Positions 39,005 through 50,620 of a DNA stretch of 64,000 nucleotides are shown in pieces; the stretch's first letter is position 1; each line of letters starts with the position of its first letter. A program made the translations under genes and the position numbers. The notes below the pieces were generated by a model. The model made no database searches. It saw nothing but the letters and a program-made list of their open reading frames with translations, and had not been told where the DNA came from. The stretch lies in assembly GCF_003668935.1 (NCBI RefSeq), contig NZ_RAWP01000027.1, forward strand, positions 17,555 to 81,554, read 5' to 3'. Source of the stretch: Corallococcus sp. AB032C (lineage in GTDB: Bacteria > Myxococcota > Myxococcia > Myxococcales > Myxococcaceae).

Positions 39005-42000
39005 CTACCGGCGCGCCTTGCGAGCCGGCTTGCCCCGAGTGGTCTTCTTCGCCGCGGCCTTCTTCGCGGCGGTCTTCTTCCCCGCCGCCTTCTTCGCCGA
39101 AGCCTTCTTCGCAGGAGCCTTCTTCACCGCCGCCTTCTTCGCGGCCGTCTTCTTGCCCGCTGCCTTCTTCGCGGAAGCCTTCTTCGCAGGGGCCTTCTTC
39201 GCGGCGGACTTCTTGCTCGCCGCCTTCTTCGCGGAGGCCTTCTTCACCGCCGCCTTCTTCGCGGAGGCCTTCTTCGCAGGGGCCTTCTTCACCGCCGCCT
39301 TCTTCGCGGAGGCCTTCTTCGTCGGAGCCTTCTTCACCGGCTTCGCCGAGCCCTCCGGCGCCTCGCGGGCGTCGCCGCCCTCCTTGGCCCGGTCGAACTC
39401 GCGCATCGCGTCGTCCACGAGGCCCATGCTCATGTACGCGACGCCCAGGTCGTGGTGGTCCGCCGGGGACAGCCCTTCCTTGGTGCCCTCGCGCAGCTTG
39501 TTGAGGGCCTCCTCCACCATCGGATCCGCGGCCTGGGGCGCCTGCGAAGCCTCTTCGGCTTCAATCTCGCCCTTCAGCTCCTGGCCCAGGTTCACCGCTT
39601 CGTCCTTCGGTGCCTGCGGCTCGGTGGCCACCTTCACCTGGGCGCTCTCAGGCGCGAGGGACTCGGACGCTTCAGGGGCTTCGGACTCGGTGCTGCCCGG
39701 CAACGGCGACGGCGTCTCGGACATGGGGGGCTCCGGGGCGATGCGCTGGAGGTGATCCTGCAGCTTGACCGTGCGCTCCTGGAGCTCCGCCACCCGGGCC
39801 TTGTCCTTCTCCACCACGTCCGGCGGAGCACGGGCCACGAAGTTCGGGTTGTCCAGCTTGCGCTGCAAACCGGCGAGTTCCTGCTCGGCGCGGACGATCT
39901 CCTTCTTCAGGCGGTCGCGCTCCGCGTCCAGGTCCACCAGGCCCGCCAGGGGCACGTAGATTTCCAGGTTGCCGCTCACGAACGCCGCCGCCTGCGGAGG
40001 CTTGGCGCCCGGGGGGCCCACCACCACCTCGGACAGGCCCGCGAGCGGCATCAGGTACGCGCGCCAACGCTCCAACAGCTCGCGCGTCGTCGCGTCCGGG
40101 CTCTGCACCACCGCCTTCACCTTGGCGGACGGCGGCAGGTTGCTCTCGCCGCGCAGCGTGCGCAGGCCCTCGATGGCCGCGATGACCGGCGCCATCTCGC
40201 CTTCCGAGGCCGCGTCCACCCACGCCGTCTCCGGCGCCGGGTAGGCCGCGATGCAGATGCTCTCCGTGGGCCGGGACATCGGCAGCTTCTGCCAGATCTC
40301 CTCGGTGATGAACGGCATGAACGGGTGCATCAGCCGCAGGATGCGGTCCAGGCACGTCACCAGCACCGCGCGCGTGGTGTCCTTGGCCTCCGCGTCGTCG
40401 CCGTACAACGAGCCCTTCGCCAGCTCGATGTACCAATCGCAGAACTCCGCCCACAGGAACTGGTACAGCGTGGACGCGGCCTCCGCGAAGCCGAACGCCT
40501 CCAGCGACGCGCGCGTCTCCTCGGTGGCCTTCTGCAGGCGGGAGAGGATCCACCGGTCCGCCAGCGTCAGCTTGCGGCCCTCCAGCGGCGTCTTGTCCAG
40601 GCTGAAGTCGCCCATGTTCATCAGGGCGAAGCGGCTGGCGTTCCACAGCTTGTTGCAGAACGCCTTGTAGCCACCCAGGCGGTCCATCGACAGCTTGATG
40701 TCACGGCCCTGCTGCGTGAGCGACGCCAACGTGAAGCGCAGCGCGTCCGCGCCGTGCGCGGGCATGCCCTGCGGGAAGCGGTTGCGCAAGGACGGCTGCA
40801 GCGACTCCGCCTTCGCGCCGAGGATGACGTCCAGGGGATCGATGACGTTCCCCTTCGTCTTGGACATCTTCTCGCCCTTCTCGTCGCGCACCATCGCGTG
40901 CAGGTACACGGTGCGGAAGGGCACGTCGTTCATGAAGTGCAGGCCCATCATCATCATCCGGGCGACCCAGAAGAAGATGATGTCGTGGCCCGTCTCCATC
41001 ACGGACGTCGGGTAGAAGGTCTGGAGATCCGCCGTCTGCTTCGGCCAGCCCAGCGTGGAGAACGGCCACAGCGCGGACGAGAACCAGGTGTCCAGCACGT
41101 CCGGATCCTGCGTCAGCTCCTTGCCGCCGCACTTCGGGCAGGACTCCGGCGCCGTGCGCGACACGATGACGTCCGCCGTGTCCTTCGAGCGCTCTTCCGC
41201 CGGGGTGCACGCCGCGCAGTACCACGCCGGAATCTGGTGGCCCCACCACAGCTGGCGGCTCACGCACCAGTCGTGGATGTTGTTCATCCAGTGGAAGTAC
41301 GTGTTCGTCCACGACTCGGGGACGAACTTGGTGCGGCCCTCCTCCACGGCCTGGATGGCCGGCTTCGCCAGGGGTTCGATCTTGATGAACCACTGCGGCG
41401 ACAGGCGCGGCTCCACCACCGTGGTGCAGCGCTGGCAGGTGCCCACGTTCAGCTTGTGCGGCTCCTCCTTCTCCAGCAGGCCCAGCTCCGTCAGGTCCGC
41501 CAGCACCTGCGTGCGCGCCTCCCGGCTCTCCAGGCCCGCGTACTTGCCGGTGTCCTTCGTCATCCGCGCCGCTTCGTCCAGGATGGACAGCATCGGCAGC
41601 TTGTGGCGCAGGCCCGTCTGGTAGTCGTTGAAGTCGTGCGCGGGCGTGACCTTCACCACGCCGGTGCCGAACTCCATGTTCACCAGCTCGCCGTCCGCGA
41701 TGACCGGAATCTCACGGTCGGTGAGCGGCAGCGCCACGCTCTTGCCGATGAGGTCCTGGTAGCGCGGATCCTCCGGGTGCACGGCGACGGCCGTGTCGCC
41801 CAGCAGCGTCTCCGGGCGCGTCGTCGCCACGGTGAGGAAGCGCTCCGTGCCCTTCACCGGGTAGCGGATGTGCCAGAGCGAGCCGTTCTTCTCCTCGTGC
41901 TCCACTTCCAGGTCGGAGAGGGCCGTGCGGCAGGACGGGCACCAGTTGATCAGCTTCTGGGCCCGGTACATCAGGCCCTCTTCGTACAGCCGGACGAACA

Positions 42001-42484
42001 CCTCGCGCACCGCGGCCGAGGACTGCTCGTCCATGGTGAAGCGCTCGCGGCTCCAGTCCAGGGACGCGCCCAGGTAGCGGTGCTGCTCACCGATGCGCGC
42101 GCCGAACTTGCCCTTCCACGTCCAGACGCGCTCGAGGAACGCCTCGCGGCCCAGGTCGTGGCGGCTCTTGCCCTCCGTCTTCTTGAGCTCCTTCTCCACC
42201 ACCATCTGCGTGGCGATGCCCGCGTGGTCCGTGCCCGGCAGCCAGAGCGCGTTGAAGCCGCTCATCCGCTTCCAGCGCGTGAGGATGTCCTGGATGGTCG
42301 CGGTGAGCGCGTGGCCGATGTGCAGGCTGCCCGTCACGTTGGGCGGCGGCAGCACGATGCTGAACGGCGGCTTGGAGGAAGGGGCTTCGGCGCGGAAGTA
42401 GTCGCGCTCCAGCCAGTGGTTGTACCACCGCGCCTCCACTTCGGAGGGCTCGTAGGCCTTGGACAGTTCAGTCGTGTCAGTCAT
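39005..42484 (-). CDS. valS: Valyl-tRNA synthetase with ~200-aa C-terminal extension ending in a lysine/alanine-rich (KKAxAKK) histone-H1-like tail
   Basis: Seen: HIGH ([13 protein letters not shown]), KMSKT (EKMSKTKGN), ValRS editing and anticodon-binding regions, coiled coil. An acidic low-complexity segment follows, then a TPR-like motif and about 20 KKAxAKK repeats. 1159 aa. Confidence 0.85.
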   Translation of the reverse strand: MTDTTELSKAYEPSEVEARWYNHWLERDYFRAEAPSSKPPFSIVLPPPNVTGSLHIGHALTATIQDILTRWKRMSGFNALWLPGTDHAGIATQMVVEKELKKTEGKSRHDLGREAFLERVWTWKGKFGARIGEQHRYLGASLDWSRERFTMDEQSSAAVREVFVRLYEEGLMYRAQKLINWCPSCRTALSDLEVEHEEKNGSLWHIRYPVKGTERFLTVATTRPETLLGDTAVAVHPEDPRYQDLIGKSVALPLTDREIPVIADGELVNMEFGTGVVKVTPAHDFNDYQTGLRHKLPMLSILDEAARMTKDTGKYAGLESREARTQVLADLTELGLLEKEEPHKLNVGTCQRCTTVVEPRLSPQWFIKIEPLAKPAIQAVEEGRTKFVPESWTNTYFHWMNNIHDWCVSRQLWWGHQIPAWYCAACTPAEERSKDTADVIVSRTAPESCPKCGGKELTQDPDVLDTWFSSALWPFSTLGWPKQTADLQTFYPTSVMETGHDIIFFWVARMMMMGLHFMNDVPFRTVYLHAMVRDEKGEKMSKTKGNVIDPLDVILGAKAESLQPSLRNRFPQGMPAHGADALRFTLASLTQQGRDIKLSMDRLGGYKAFCNKLWNASRFALMNMGDFSLDKTPLEGRKLTLADRWILSRLQKATEETRASLEAFGFAEAASTLYQFLWAEFCDWYIELAKGSLYGDDAEAKDTTRAVLVTCLDRILRLMHPFMPFITEEIWQKLPMSRPTESICIAAYPAPETAWVDAASEGEMAPVIAAIEGLRTLRGESNLPPSAKVKAVVQSPDATTRELLERWRAYLMPLAGLSEVVVGPPGAKPPQAAAFVSGNLEIYVPLAGLVDLDAERDRLKKEIVRAEQELAGLQRKLDNPNFVARAPPDVVEKDKARVAELQERTVKLQDHLQRIAPEPPMSETPSPLPGSTESEAPEASESLAPESAQVKVATEPQAPKDEAVNLGQELKGEIEAEEASQAPQAADPMVEEALNKLREGTKEGLSPADHHDLGVAYMSMGLVDDAMREFDRAKEGGDAREAPEGSAKPVKKAPTKKASAKKAAVKKAPAKKASAKKAAVKKASAKKAASKKSAAKKAPAKKASAKKAAGKKTAAKKAAVKKAPAKKASAKKAAGKKTAAKKAAAKKTTRGKPARKARR
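39045..39345 (-). repeat. In-frame tandem repeats (period about 18-36 bp) encoding AKKA/KKAP lysine-rich tail of ValS
   Basis: Seen: repeated gccttcttcgcgg/cgccttcttc units. Confidence 0.6.
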
Positions 42485-42492
42485 TGCAAGCG

Positions 42493-42514
42493 GCCGGCCC
42501 CCGACGGGGCCGGC
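42493..42514 (-). terminator. GC-rich hairpin (9-bp stem, 4-nt loop) between the romR-like gene and the valS start
   Basis: Seen: GCCGGCCCC-CGAC-GGGGCCGGC lying 8 nt from the valS start codon. May act as a terminator or a regulatory structure. Confidence 0.4.
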
Positions 42515-42537
42515 GGGGAATCAGAGGGGACTGCGAA

Positions 42538-43800
42538 TCAATGCTGGGTCTCGCGGTCCTTGATGAGCCGCTCCAGCTCTTCCCGGATGATGGTCTCCGC
42601 CAGCTGCGGAACGACCTCCCAGGCAATCTTCTCGATGACCTCGCGGGACGCCTTCGACAGCGCCTCGCGCAGCAGCGCCTCTCCGCCATCCGCGGCCGGA
42701 CGGGCGCGCGAGGGAGGAGTCGCCGGCGAGGGGCCGCCGATGTCCAGGGAGATCTCCTCCGCGCCGCTGGGCTCGGGCAGCGAGTCCTCGATGCGGATGC
42801 TCTCCGTGCGGGCCTGCGCCGCGGGCGGGGCGGCCGGAGCGCCCAGCCCGAACGGATCCCGGGCACGGGCGGCCGGAGGCACCGCGGCGGGCGGGGGCGC
42901 GGACGGCAGCGGCGCGGCGCCCGGAGGACGCGGGAAGCCGCCCGGGATGTTCGGGGCGCCAGGGCCCGGAGGACGCGCGGCCATGCCCGGAGGCGGCGCA
43001 CCCGGAGGACGCGCGCCCGGAGGCACGGCACCCGGAGGAGGACGCGCACCCGGCGGCATGGCGCCCGGAGGCGGCGCACCCGGAGGACGCGCGCCCATGC
43101 CCGGAGGCGGCGCACCCGGCGGAGGACGTGCACCCGGCGGCATGGCGCCCGGAGGCGGCGCACCCGGAGGACGCGCGCCCGGAGGAACAGCGCCCGGCAG
43201 CGGACGCGCCGCACCCGGAGGAGGAGGCACACCAGCGCCCGGAGGACGCGCGCCCGGAGGCACGGCACCCGGAGGAGGACGCGCACCCGGCGGCATGGCG
43301 CCCGGAGGCGGCGCACCCGCGGGACGCGCACCCGGCGGCACGGCGGCGGCGGGCGGCGCGCTGACCGGAGCGCTCGGGGCGGAGGTCTGGGGCAGAATGC
43401 GCGTCGCGGCGGACGCGGGCATCGTGTTGGACTTCTGGCCCACCAGCGCCTTCACCTTGTCGAGGAGGATCTGGCTCTCGAAGGGCTTGGTGATGTGGTC
43501 ATCCGCCCGGGCGGCCTTCGCGCGGTTCTCGTCGAACGCCTCGAAGGTGCCGGCGAGCAGCAGCACCGGGATGGCCTGCGTGGAGGGGTCGCCCTTGAGC
43601 GCCTCGCAGACCTCGTAGCCGCTCTTGCCCGGCATCATCACGTCGGCGAGCACCACGTCCGGACGCAGCTCGCGCGTGCGGGAGATGGCGTCCAGCCCGT
43701 TGTCCACCGCGGTCACCTGGAAGTCTTCCGTCGCGAAGATCATCCCGATCACCTTGCGGATGGTGAGCGAGTCGTCGGCGATCAGTAGATTCTTGGGCAT
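42538..43800 (-). CDS. romR: RomR-like polarity response regulator (receiver + proline-rich PGA(P/R) repeats + conserved C-terminal region)
   Basis: Seen: receiver domain (LLIADDSLTIRK...DVVLADVMMPGKSGYEV), a central region of about 200 aa of PPGARPPGA repeats, and a conserved acidic C-terminus (EALLREALSKASREVIEKIAWEVVPQLAETIIREELERL). ATG at 43800. The RomR assignment and the 420-aa comparison are from memory. Confidence 0.65.
   Translation of the reverse strand: MPKNLLIADDSLTIRKVIGMIFATEDFQVTAVDNGLDAISRTRELRPDVVLADVMMPGKSGYEVCEALKGDPSTQAIPVLLLAGTFEAFDENRAKAARADDHITKPFESQILLDKVKALVGQKSNTMPASAATRILPQTSAPSAPVSAPPAAAVPPGARPAGAPPPGAMPPGARPPPGAVPPGARPPGAGVPPPPGAARPLPGAVPPGARPPGAPPPGAMPPGARPPPGAPPPGMGARPPGAPPPGAMPPGARPPPGAVPPGARPPGAPPPGMAARPPGPGAPNIPGGFPRPPGAAPLPSAPPPAAVPPAARARDPFGLGAPAAPPAAQARTESIRIEDSLPEPSGAEEISLDIGGPSPATPPSRARPAADGGEALLREALSKASREVIEKIAWEVVPQLAETIIREELERLIKDRETQH
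42880..43340 (-). repeat. In-frame imperfect tandem repeats encoding the Pro/Gly/Ala-rich linker
   Basis: Seen: repeating cccggaggacgcgcgcccggagg... units of about 45-90 bp. Confidence 0.55.
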
Positions 43801-43917
43801 CGGCTCCGGCCTCGGGGGGCGCATACCCCCCTGAATTCGTTTGAGATTTCGGGCGAGCAAGCCTGCCTGCACGCCCTGTGTCAATCGGAGAAGCTTAGGA
43901 TTCGCGCGTTGGGCCGA

Positions 43918-44784
43918 TCAAGAAAACATGCGCTGCAGGTCCAGTAACATCACCGGATCCGGCAGCCCCGGCGCCCGGAACGTTCCGGGAAGCTCGGCCG
44001 GCTTGAACTTCTGCAGCACACCCAGCACCCGGTTGGCCGCCAGCCCCACGTTCCGCCCCGCCATTTCCGTGAGGACGAACAACTCCTCCGCCTGGGCCGG
44101 CGCACCCAGCAGCGCTGGAATCGAACAGATGGGCCATAGCGCCTGCGCGTGGGGATAGACGCCCGCCACCGGCCCGCTCTGCACCGGGAGGACGCTGAAC
44201 GCCTCGCCCCGGGGTACCACCTGGGAGACGCAACCCAGCGGGACGCCGAACAGCACCCCCTGGGACTCCAGCACCAGCGCCCGCTCAGGGGGCTCGTCCG
44301 CATAGTGCACGGGCCGGGGCTCTGGCGGGGTCGCCCGGGGGCCCGCCCGGTGCGGCAGCGCCTCCACGATGAGCTCCAGGTACAGCCGGTCCTTGTGCAG
44401 CACCGCGCCCCGGCTCAGCGGCGCCAGCGAGTCCGCCAGTCCCGGAGGCAGCAGGAAGAACGGATCCCTCGCGACGTCCGCGACCTCCACCACGGCGCGC
44501 ACCCGCACCGCGAGCGTGGGGCTGACGTCCAGGACCACCACCATGCCCGGCACTTCCTCAGGCAGGCCGCCGAGCAACGCGGCGAGGTCCTTCACTTCCA
44601 GTACGCCGCGCAGACTCGCGCCGCGAGCGCCCGGCATCGCGACCTCGATGACGGAGGTGGCCTCCACCGCGTAGCGCGTCTCTCCGGCCTCCACCAGCAG
44701 GCAGAGCCGCCGTCCGCTTTCAAAGGGCACGGCCCGGGACCCTAGCAGCCTTCCAGCGTTGGGTGCTAAGCCCTGAACAGTCAT
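43918..44784 (-). CDS. Protein with two CheW-like domains
   Basis: Seen: two segments with the CheW-like pattern (LLVEAGETRYAVEATSVIEV...LRGVLEVKDLAALLG and LVLESQGVLFGVPLGCVSQVV). ATG at 44784 is back-to-back with the divergent start at 44783. Confidence 0.6.
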   Translation of the reverse strand: MTVQGLAPNAGRLLGSRAVPFESGRRLCLLVEAGETRYAVEATSVIEVAMPGARGASLRGVLEVKDLAALLGGLPEEVPGMVVVLDVSPTLAVRVRAVVEVADVARDPFFLLPPGLADSLAPLSRGAVLHKDRLYLELIVEALPHRAGPRATPPEPRPVHYADEPPERALVLESQGVLFGVPLGCVSQVVPRGEAFSVLPVQSGPVAGVYPHAQALWPICSIPALLGAPAQAEELFVLTEMAGRNVGLAANRVLGVLQKFKPAELPGTFRAPGLPDPVMLLDLQRMFS

Positions 44785-46171
44785 GGCGCGACTGCTCCTC
44801 GTCGACGACGAAAAGATCGCCCGCAATCTCTACGGCGACTACCTCACGGCCGCGGGACACCTGGTCACGGCGGTGCCCACCGTGGCGGACGCGAAGGCCG
44901 CACTCTCCGCGGCGCGGTTCGACGCGGTGGTGACGGACCTCATCCTCCCCGGCGGCGACGGCATGGAGGTGCTTCGCCACGTGCGCGAGCGCTACCCCGG
45001 CGTGGAGGTGCTGGTCATCACCGGCCTGGACAAGGTGGCCCCCGCGGTGCGCGCCATCAAGAGCGGCGCGGCGGAGTACCTGGTCAAGCCCGTGGCGCCG
45101 GAGGCCCTGGAGCACGCGCTGCGCCGCGCGCTCACCACGCGCGACCTGATGCGTGAGAACGCGTCCCTGCGCCAGCACGTCGCGCTGCTGGAGGCGGGCC
45201 AGCGCATCGCCACCACGCTCGACCGCGAGCGGCTGTCCACGGCCGCGTCCGACGCGCTGGAGTCCATGGCCAACGCCTCCGCGGTGATGCTCCTGGAGCG
45301 GGACCCTGGCGGCACGGGCTTCCGCTCGCACGGCATGCGCGGGCTGCCGGTGGACCTGCACGAGGCGCTCGTCCCGCTGCTCATCGAGCGGCTTTCGGGC
45401 ACGCGCACGCAGGTGGAGCTCGACGGACTTCAAGTTCCCTGGCCGCGCACCCTCTCCTTCCCCGCCGTGGACGGCGAGCTGGTGCTGGGCCACGCGGTGC
45501 TCTTCCACGACAACGCGCCCGCGGAGCACCACGCGGAGACCGTGGGCTTCCTCGTGCGCAACTGGGCGCTGGCCCTGCGCAACCTGGGCCGCTTCGCCGC
45601 CGTGGAGGACCTGGCCTACGTCGATGATCTCACCCGCCTGTTCAACACGCGCTACCTGCACCTGGTGCTGGACCGCGAGGTGAACGAGGCCCTCCAGACG
45701 GAGCGCCCCTTCTCCCTGCTGTTCCTGGACCTGGACCGCTTCAAGGCCATCAACGACACGCACGGGCACCTGGTGGGCTCGCGGGTGCTGGTGGAGGCCG
45801 CGCGCGTGCTCAAGGGCTGCGTGCGCGACCCGGACGTGGTGGCGCGCTTCGGCGGCGACGAGTACGTGGTGCTCCTGCGCGGCACGGACTCCGGCGGGGC
45901 CCTCAAGGTCGCCGAGCGCATCCGCCGCACCATGGAGACCCATCAGTTCCTGGGCCGCGAGGGGCTGGCGCTCAAGCTCACCACCTGCATCGGCGTGGCC
46001 AGCTTCCCGGAGCATGCCCAGGACAAGGACCACCTGCTGGACCTGTCCGACCGGGCCATGTACCGGGGCAAGCGCGGCACCCGGAACGTCGTCTACATGG
46101 CGGCGCAGGACCTGGAAGCCACCCCGGCCGAGCGCCGTCAGAATCCCCCGCCCCCGCAGGGCCAGGGCTGA
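44783..46171 (+). CDS. Response regulator with receiver, GAF-like and GGDEF (diguanylate cyclase, GGDEY variant) domains
   Basis: Seen: REC (LLLVDDEKIARNL...DAVVTDLILPGGDGMEV), GGDEF core (LFLDLDRFKAINDTHGH...RFGGDEYVVLL). Confidence 0.8.
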   Translation: MARLLLVDDEKIARNLYGDYLTAAGHLVTAVPTVADAKAALSAARFDAVVTDLILPGGDGMEVLRHVRERYPGVEVLVITGLDKVAPAVRAIKSGAAEYLVKPVAPEALEHALRRALTTRDLMRENASLRQHVALLEAGQRIATTLDRERLSTAASDALESMANASAVMLLERDPGGTGFRSHGMRGLPVDLHEALVPLLIERLSGTRTQVELDGLQVPWPRTLSFPAVDGELVLGHAVLFHDNAPAEHHAETVGFLVRNWALALRNLGRFAAVEDLAYVDDLTRLFNTRYLHLVLDREVNEALQTERPFSLLFLDLDRFKAINDTHGHLVGSRVLVEAARVLKGCVRDPDVVARFGGDEYVVLLRGTDSGGALKVAERIRRTMETHQFLGREGLALKLTTCIGVASFPEHAQDKDHLLDLSDRAMYRGKRGTRNVVYMAAQDLEATPAERRQNPPPPQGQG

Positions 46172-46185
46172 ACGCCGGACGCGCG

Positions 46186-46581
46186 CTACTTGCGCAGGCT
46201 GCCCACGGTGAGGTGCTTGGGCAGCTCCACTTCCGCGGGCACGCCGCCGCCGCCGCCGCCCTCGCCCACCGCCTCCACCTCTTCGTGAGACGCGCCGGTG
46301 GTGATGAGGCGGTACTTCTGCGACGCCTCGCGGTCGTGCTGGGCCTGCTCCGGATCCAACCGCGCGATGAGCTGCCAGAAGAGGGCCGCGTGCTCGCGCT
46401 CCTCGTCCATGACGTGCCGCAGGATGGCCTTCGCCTCCTCGTTGTCCGTCGCGTCCAGGTGCGCGGCGTAGAGGTTGATGGCGTCCAGCTCCGCCTCGAT
46501 GTTGAGCCGGATGGAGCGGGCCAGTTCGGAGTCCGTCAGCTTCCGGGGCACCAGCGAGTGGAACGGGTTCGTCTGCGGCAT
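46186..46581 (-). CDS. encC: Ferritin-like/rubrerythrin-like encapsulin cargo protein (EncC-like) with C-terminal targeting peptide
   Basis: Seen: EExxH-type diiron motifs (EAELDAINLYAAH, MDEEREHAALFW), a Gly-rich linker, and a C-terminal LTVGSLRK resembling encapsulin cargo-loading peptides. About 131 aa; ATG at 46581. Confidence 0.65.
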   Translation of the reverse strand: MPQTNPFHSLVPRKLTDSELARSIRLNIEAELDAINLYAAHLDATDNEEAKAILRHVMDEEREHAALFWQLIARLDPEQAQHDREASQKYRLITTGASHEEVEAVGEGGGGGGVPAEVELPKHLTVGSLRK

Positions 46582-46737
46582 GAGGACCTCAGCGACAGGG
46601 AGGGTTTCCAGCAAGCGAGCGGGCAACGACGTTCCGTCAGGCCGGGCTGGAGGACGTGCGCGAGCATCCGTTCGGTCGCGAGCGCGGTCAACCGAATCCC
46701 GCTGGGGGTGCGTTGCGCGTGAACACCTGCCTCCGCC

Positions 46738-48267
46738 ATGCTCCCGTGCATGGAGACCCCCTCGCCGCTCGCGCAGCTGCTCCAGGCCCTGGACGCGGGG
46801 GACCTGGAGAAGGCACGGGTCGCGGCCGTGGCGCTGCAACGCGCCAACGCCCATACCCATCAGGTCGCCGCGGAGGTCCTCCATGAGCTGCGTCAGCCCC
46901 TCCTGGGCGCGAAGGCCTACGCCCAGCTGCTGGCCGAGGAAGGAGGCTCCAGCGGCCCGCTGAAGCTGCTGCTCGCGCAGGTGGAGCGGATGGAGCAGAT
47001 TGTCTCCGACTTCATCCGCCTGGCCAGCGAGCGGCCGGCCCCGCAGCAGCGGCTGTCCCTGGCCGCGCCCATCTGGGCGGCGGCGAAGGTGTTCAGCGTC
47101 AACCCGGACTCGGCGCGCATCTCGCTGGAGGTGGAGGCCCCCGAGGACCTCACCATCCAGGGCAACGCGCGGCTGATTGAGCAGCTCACGCTCAACCTGC
47201 TCAACAACGCCCGCGACGCCATGTCCGGCCGGGGCCGCGTGAAGGTGACGCTCACGCGCGATGGCGCCTCCGCGGCCCTCTACGTTTCCGACTGGGGACC
47301 GGGCATCCCGGACGAGCTGAAGACGCGCATCTTCGAGCCCTACGTCTCCGCCAGCAAACGCGGCACGGGCCTGGGGCTCGCCGTCTGTCGTCGCATCGCG
47401 CAGGAGCACCACGCGCAGGTTGCCCTGGTGCCGCCCACGACGCTGCGCGAGGTGCCGCCCCCGGCCACGGTGTTCCGCGTGCTCTTCCCGCCCACGGACG
47501 CGCCGCGCCCGCCGCGCAAGCGCCTGCTGGTGGTGGACGACGAGGGCATCATCCGGATGGTCTTCAAGGACCTGATGGACAAGGAGTGCGAAGTCATTGA
47601 AGCGGCCACGGGCGAGGCCGCGCTCGAAATCCTCCGCTCGTCGCGCGTGGACCTCATCGTCACGGACAAGAACCTGCCCGGAATCTCCGGCCTGGAGCTG
47701 GCCCAGCACGCGAGGAAGCTGGACCCCGCGTCGCGCGTCATCCTGATGACGGGCTACCCCTCGCTGGTGACGACGCAGCAGGCGCTGCAGCTGGGCCTGG
47801 TGGACTACCTGCTCAAGCCCTTCGACGACATCCGACAGGTGCGCGCGCTGCTGCGGCAGGCGCTGTACACGCCGGCCGCGCCGCCTGTCCCCGCCCCCAG
47901 CGCTGGCGTGCGCCGGGTGGACGTGCTGGAGGACAACCCGGCCACCGCGCGGCTGATTTCAGAGGCGCTGACGCTGCTGGGCCTGGAGGCGCGCGTCGTC
48001 GCGGGCGCGGAGGTGGCCACCATGGATCCGCCCGTGGGCGTGGTGGTGTCTTGGGACTTCGCGCCGGCCTACGGCAAGAAGGCGCTGGAGCTGGCCCGGG
48101 CCCTGAGCCAGGGCGCGCCCTTCGTCGTCCTGGCCGAGCACCTCACCATGGACACGGCGCTGGCGTCGCTGCGCGCCGGGGCCGCCGCGTGCCTGCCCAA
48201 GCTGCTCTCCGACACCACGGCGCTCAGCCGCGAGCTGGGCCTGGCCTTCAAGAAGACCGCTTCCTGA
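46738..48267 (+). CDS. Hybrid sensor histidine kinase (HisKA-HATPase-REC-REC-like)
   Basis: Seen: H-box (VLHELRQPL), N/G boxes (LLNNARDAM, SDWGPGIP, GTGLGLAV), receiver (LLVVDDEGIIRM...DLIVTDKNLPGISG). Confidence 0.8.
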   Translation: MLPCMETPSPLAQLLQALDAGDLEKARVAAVALQRANAHTHQVAAEVLHELRQPLLGAKAYAQLLAEEGGSSGPLKLLLAQVERMEQIVSDFIRLASERPAPQQRLSLAAPIWAAAKVFSVNPDSARISLEVEAPEDLTIQGNARLIEQLTLNLLNNARDAMSGRGRVKVTLTRDGASAALYVSDWGPGIPDELKTRIFEPYVSASKRGTGLGLAVCRRIAQEHHAQVALVPPTTLREVPPPATVFRVLFPPTDAPRPPRKRLLVVDDEGIIRMVFKDLMDKECEVIEAATGEAALEILRSSRVDLIVTDKNLPGISGLELAQHARKLDPASRVILMTGYPSLVTTQQALQLGLVDYLLKPFDDIRQVRALLRQALYTPAAPPVPAPSAGVRRVDVLEDNPATARLISEALTLLGLEARVVAGAEVATMDPPVGVVVSWDFAPAYGKKALELARALSQGAPFVVLAEHLTMDTALASLRAGAAACLPKLLSDTTALSRELGLAFKKTAS

Positions 48268-48274
48268 AAAAGAC

Positions 48275-48319
48275 TCCGGCCCCGGGCGCCCCGCTTTCGC
48301 GGAGCCCACCGGGGCCGGA
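48275..48319. terminator. Bidirectional GC-rich hairpin between convergent histidine kinase and groEL
   Basis: Seen: TCCGGCCCCGG...CCGGGGCCGGA 11-bp inverted repeat with a structured loop. Confidence 0.4.
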
Positions 48320-48352
48320 AACCCTACGAAGCTACGGAGCCGTCAAGTCGGC

Positions 48353-50044
<1,692 letters not shown>

Positions 50045-50071
50045 TTAGCACTCGGCCATGTCGAGCGCCAA
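50045..50071. promoter_or_regulatory. CIRCE-like operator (HrcA site) upstream of groEL
   Basis: Seen: TTAGCACTC-N9-GAGCGCCAA, versus the consensus TTAGCACTC-N9-GAGTGCTAA (left half 9/9, right half 7/9), 49-75 nt upstream of the groEL start. Confidence 0.6.
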
Positions 50072-50175
50072 CATAAGGGCCGCATCGACGATGTCAACGG
50101 AAAGGGGCAGACGTGTGGGCCTGAGGACGCCTACTGGCCCGCCCGGGTGGGGGGCCCGGGCTGCCCGGGAAGGCC

Positions 50176-50532
50176 CTACTCCGCGAAGCGCACGAGGTTG
50201 AGCAGCTGCCCCATGTCCAGGGGCTTCTGCAGGGTGATGGCGACGCCCTTGCGCAGGCCCCGGTCGGAGATGTTGGCGTCCGTGCTGGCGGTCATCATCA
50301 GGACGGAGATGCGCTGGAAGCGGGGATCCGCCTTCAGCATCTCCGTGAAGTGGATGCCGTCCAGGTGGGGCATCAGGTAGTCGGTGATGACCAGCCCCAC
50401 GGGGTGACGCTCCATGATGTCCAGGGCCTGGAGCGCGTCCGACGCCGAGAACACGGTGTAGCCATGCATCTCCAGGTAGCGAGAGAGCATGGTGCACAGC
50501 TCGTAATCGTCGTCGACGACCAGGATGTTCAC
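50176..50532 (-). CDS. Single-domain CheY-like response regulator
   Basis: Seen: MNILVVDDD...LVITDYLMPHLDG...MMTA with the receiver D/D/T/K pattern; 118 aa. Confidence 0.8.
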   Translation of the reverse strand: MNILVVDDDYELCTMLSRYLEMHGYTVFSASDALQALDIMERHPVGLVITDYLMPHLDGIHFTEMLKADPRFQRISVLMMTASTDANISDRGLRKGVAITLQKPLDMGQLLNLVRFAE

Positions 50533-50620
50533 GGGGTTCGGGCCGAAACGGGGCGCTGGAAGGTAACAGCGACGCCGGTCGTTGACAACGCGAAGGACGG
50601 CTTCTTAGCTGCCGGCCCGA

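Noticed and set aside
38198-43618. 1806-aa plus-strand ORF antisense to nadC, valS and the romR-like gene
   Set aside because: It is the reverse strand of three well-supported genes and is full of LLRR/GGAP low-complexity mirror images of the coding-strand repeats. It is not coding.
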